In this document: positions 62,204 to 64,000 of the stretch, piece after piece
How the letters are laid out: each line of letters starts with the position of its first letter
Position numbering within the stretch: position 1 is the first letter of the stretch
Assembly: GCA_002293825.1 (NCBI GenBank)
Contig: DBDW01000009.1
Span: 26,170-90,169 of the forward strand
Length of the DNA: 64,000 nucleotides
Source: Candidatus Magasanikbacteria bacterium UBA922
GTDB taxonomy: Bacteria; Patescibacteriota; Patescibacteriia; Magasanikbacterales; UBA922
Direction: 5' to 3'
Translations under genes and position numbers: made by a program
Notes under the pieces: generated by a model
Database searches by the model: none
What the model saw: the letters and a program-made list of their open reading frames with translations, nothing else
What the model was told of the DNA's origin: nothing

Positions 62204-64000
62204 TTATTTTTTGGCATCCCATTCATACATCAAAATTGAAAAATCAACAGAATCTACACGACCATCAGCATTGATATCTACATACAAATTACGGAACGGT
62301 GGTGATGTCCTCCAAAAAGCAAGTAAGATAGAAAAATCAACTGAATTTACTTTTGTATCACGGTTAAAATCAGCTCGCTTATATGTAACATTGGTACTGG
62401 TATTTGTCTGAATCAATGGTGGAACAAATCCGGCTCCACCACCTCCACCACCCGACGGAGGCGTGGGAGGAGTCGTACCAGTAGCCGCAAATGTTCGCGA
62501 AGCACTGGATGATTCATCGCCAAAGTACACCACTAATTTAAAAAAATAATTACCTGCCTGAGGCACAGTAGCGCTTAAAACAGTATTAAAATCTTCACCA
62601 GGATTAATAAATTTTGCCGCAGAAGCATAATATACATCATTATTTCCACCACACGCATTTTCAACACTGGTCACCACGCACCATTCGTACTGATACTCAT
62701 ATCCACTCAGACCTTCATTAGTAATCGTGACATTTGCTGCAATTGTAGGAATTGTGGTATCAGAAACCGTATTAATCAATACCTGAGCAGGAGAAGACCC
62801 TACTGCCCAATAATCATTGGTTTGCAATGTTTTACCTACTTCTACCACAGAAGATATCACTGACTCCCAAAGACCGCCCTCAGCTCCATTTGGAACAGAA
62901 TAGGTGTATTCATACACTCCTGTACTCACAGGTGTCATTGCAACTCCCGAAACAACAGTGTTTCGAGTTGCATCATAAATAGTAATTGTTGGTGCGGTCA
63001 CCGGATTTGTTGGCTGTGTTTCTTTATTAGAAATAAATATTTTAGCTCGATATGTTTTTCCAGCAGCAATTGAATCCACGTCTGACATTCGAACCGTCCA
63101 CAGTGCATCTTGAGTAACAAGAGATGCTCGTGTGGAAAGCATTACATCCACATTATCCACCAATTGCTTTCCAATCGAACCAACAGTGGTCAAACTAGAA
63201 GACAATACATTCCACACATCAGCAGCAGTGATGTCATTACCATAATTGGTGAGGGTGCGCGCAGCATTACTCCAGACTGCAGCAGAAATTGTAGAAGTTG
63301 AGTAATCAGTGAGTGAACGCGTCGCCGCACTCCACACATCAGCAGCAGTGAGATTACTCGTACCACGAGTAGAGACCTGTGCATCGAGATTGTCAACAAT
63401 CAATTTTCCAATACTCCCAAATGAGGTCAGCGTATCAACACCTACTGACCATAAATCCTGAATAGAAGAACTTGTAAACTCAACGGTCGTTGAAACGGTT
63501 CTACCCGCATAGCTCCACACATCCGCAGCACTAATATTATTGAGTGCATTAATGAGTGCTCGATTTGCAAGTATTTCATCTAAAATTCGAGTGGTTGAAA
63601 CCGTCGTATTATCCGCCAACTGTTTTCCAATCGATCCAACACTAGTCAAACTAGAAGACAATACATTCCACACATCTGCTGCGGTGATGTCATTGCCATA
63701 GTTGGTGAGGGTGCGCGCAGCGTTACTCCAGACTGCAGCAGAAATTGTAGAAGTTGAGTAATCAGTGAGTGAACGCGTGGGAGCACTCCACACATCAGCA
63801 GCAGTGAGATTACTCGTACCACGAGTAGAAATTTGAATATCCACATTCTCTCCCAACTGTTTTCCAATTGATCCAACAGTAGTCAAGGCACCTGTAGGTA
63901 CAGACCAAATTGCAGACGCAATACTGGTTGTCGAATAATCCGTGAGAGATCGTGTGCCTGCCTGCCACACATCAGCAGCAGTGAGATTACTCGTACCACG
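62204..64000 (-). CDS. Large repeat protein with C-terminal dockerin-like domain (5' part outside the window)
   Basis: Frame open to the window edge; repeats AADVW..ATRSLT / SIGKQL; PT/G linker; duplicated ADFNRDTKVNSVDFSILL / VDINADGRVDSVDFSILM. Confidence 0.85.
   Translation of the reverse strand, partial: RGTSNLTAADVWQAGTRSLTDYSTTSIASAIWSVPTGALTTVGSIGKQLGENVDIQISTRGTSNLTAADVWSAPTRSLTDYSTSTISAAVWSNAARTLTNYGNDITAADVWNVLSSSLTSVGSIGKQLADNTTVSTTRILDEILANRALINALNNISAADVWSYAGRTVSTTVEFTSSSIQDLWSVGVDTLTSFGSIGKLIVDNLDAQVSTRGTSNLTAADVWSAATRSLTDYSTSTISAAVWSNAARTLTNYGNDITAADVWNVLSSSLTTVGSIGKQLVDNVDVMLSTRASLVTQDALWTVRMSDVDSIAAGKTYRAKIFISNKETQPTNPVTAPTITIYDATRNTVVSGVAMTPVSTGVYEYTYSVPNGAEGGLWESVISSVVEVGKTLQTNDYWAVGSSPAQVLINTVSDTTIPTIAANVTITNEGLSGYEYQYEWCVVTSVENACGGNNDVYYASAAKFINPGEDFNTVLSATVPQAGNYFFKLVVYFGDESSSASRTFAATGTTPPTPPSGGGGGGAGFVPPLIQTNTSTNVTYKRADFNRDTKVNSVDFSILLAFWRTSPPFRNLYVDINADGRVDSVDFSILMYEWDAKK
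63168..63829. repeat. Intragenic ~205-bp direct repeat (offset 456 bp), with a further partial copy at the window end
   Basis: 63168-63373 vs 63624-63829, differences mostly synonymous; CCACACATCAGCAGCAGTGAGATTACTCGTACCACG recurs at 63965-64000. Confidence 0.9.

Noticed and set aside
14219-62411. Numerous antisense or alternate-frame ORFs overlapping identified genes (e.g. 14271-14912, 21442-22059, 35397-35879)
   Set aside because: Shadow ORFs of real genes, with no motifs or independent expression signals
63168-63829. Possible DGR template/variable repeat pair
   Set aside because: Both copies are in frame in one ORF, differences are mostly synonymous and not adenine-restricted, and no reverse transcriptase is in the window

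Overview
Core-genome segment of a Patescibacteria (CPR; Parcubacteria/ABY1-like, inferred) chromosome using the standard genetic code. The + strand is C/A-rich throughout, so the minus strand is probably the leading strand. Contents: TrmB-HAD-truncated glmU-glmS operon, fbaB, Zur-znuABC-lgt locus, a 23S-5S rRNA unit with no linked 16S, five tRNAs, and translation, replication and cell-wall genes (pnp, rpsO, rpsB-tsf, rpmE, prfA, prmC, rplY, rodA, gyrB, secE-nusG-rplK, rplA, gatB, miaA, efp-epmA, ruvB). There is also a six-gene dTTP cluster, a B12-dependent nrdJ with NrdR boxes next to a PduO-type adenosyltransferase, and a cohesin-cohesin-dockerin surface-protein locus at the right edge. Most notable observations: (1) an ORF-less group I intron at 23S position 2500 that ends in A rather than the canonical omega-G; (2) a ~200-nt promoter- and terminator-bounded rod-like ncRNA (6S-like candidate) directly upstream of the 23S; (3) scattered solitary orphan genes that, unlike core genes, carry strong Shine-Dalgarno sites and 3' GC hairpins; (4) a 133-bp hairpin-rich element bracketed by a duplicated tRNA-Gly 3' end; (5) dispersed 7/9-nt periodic repeats; (6) two apparent pseudo-enzymes. 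All calls are from manual motif recognition; no searches or folding programs were run.
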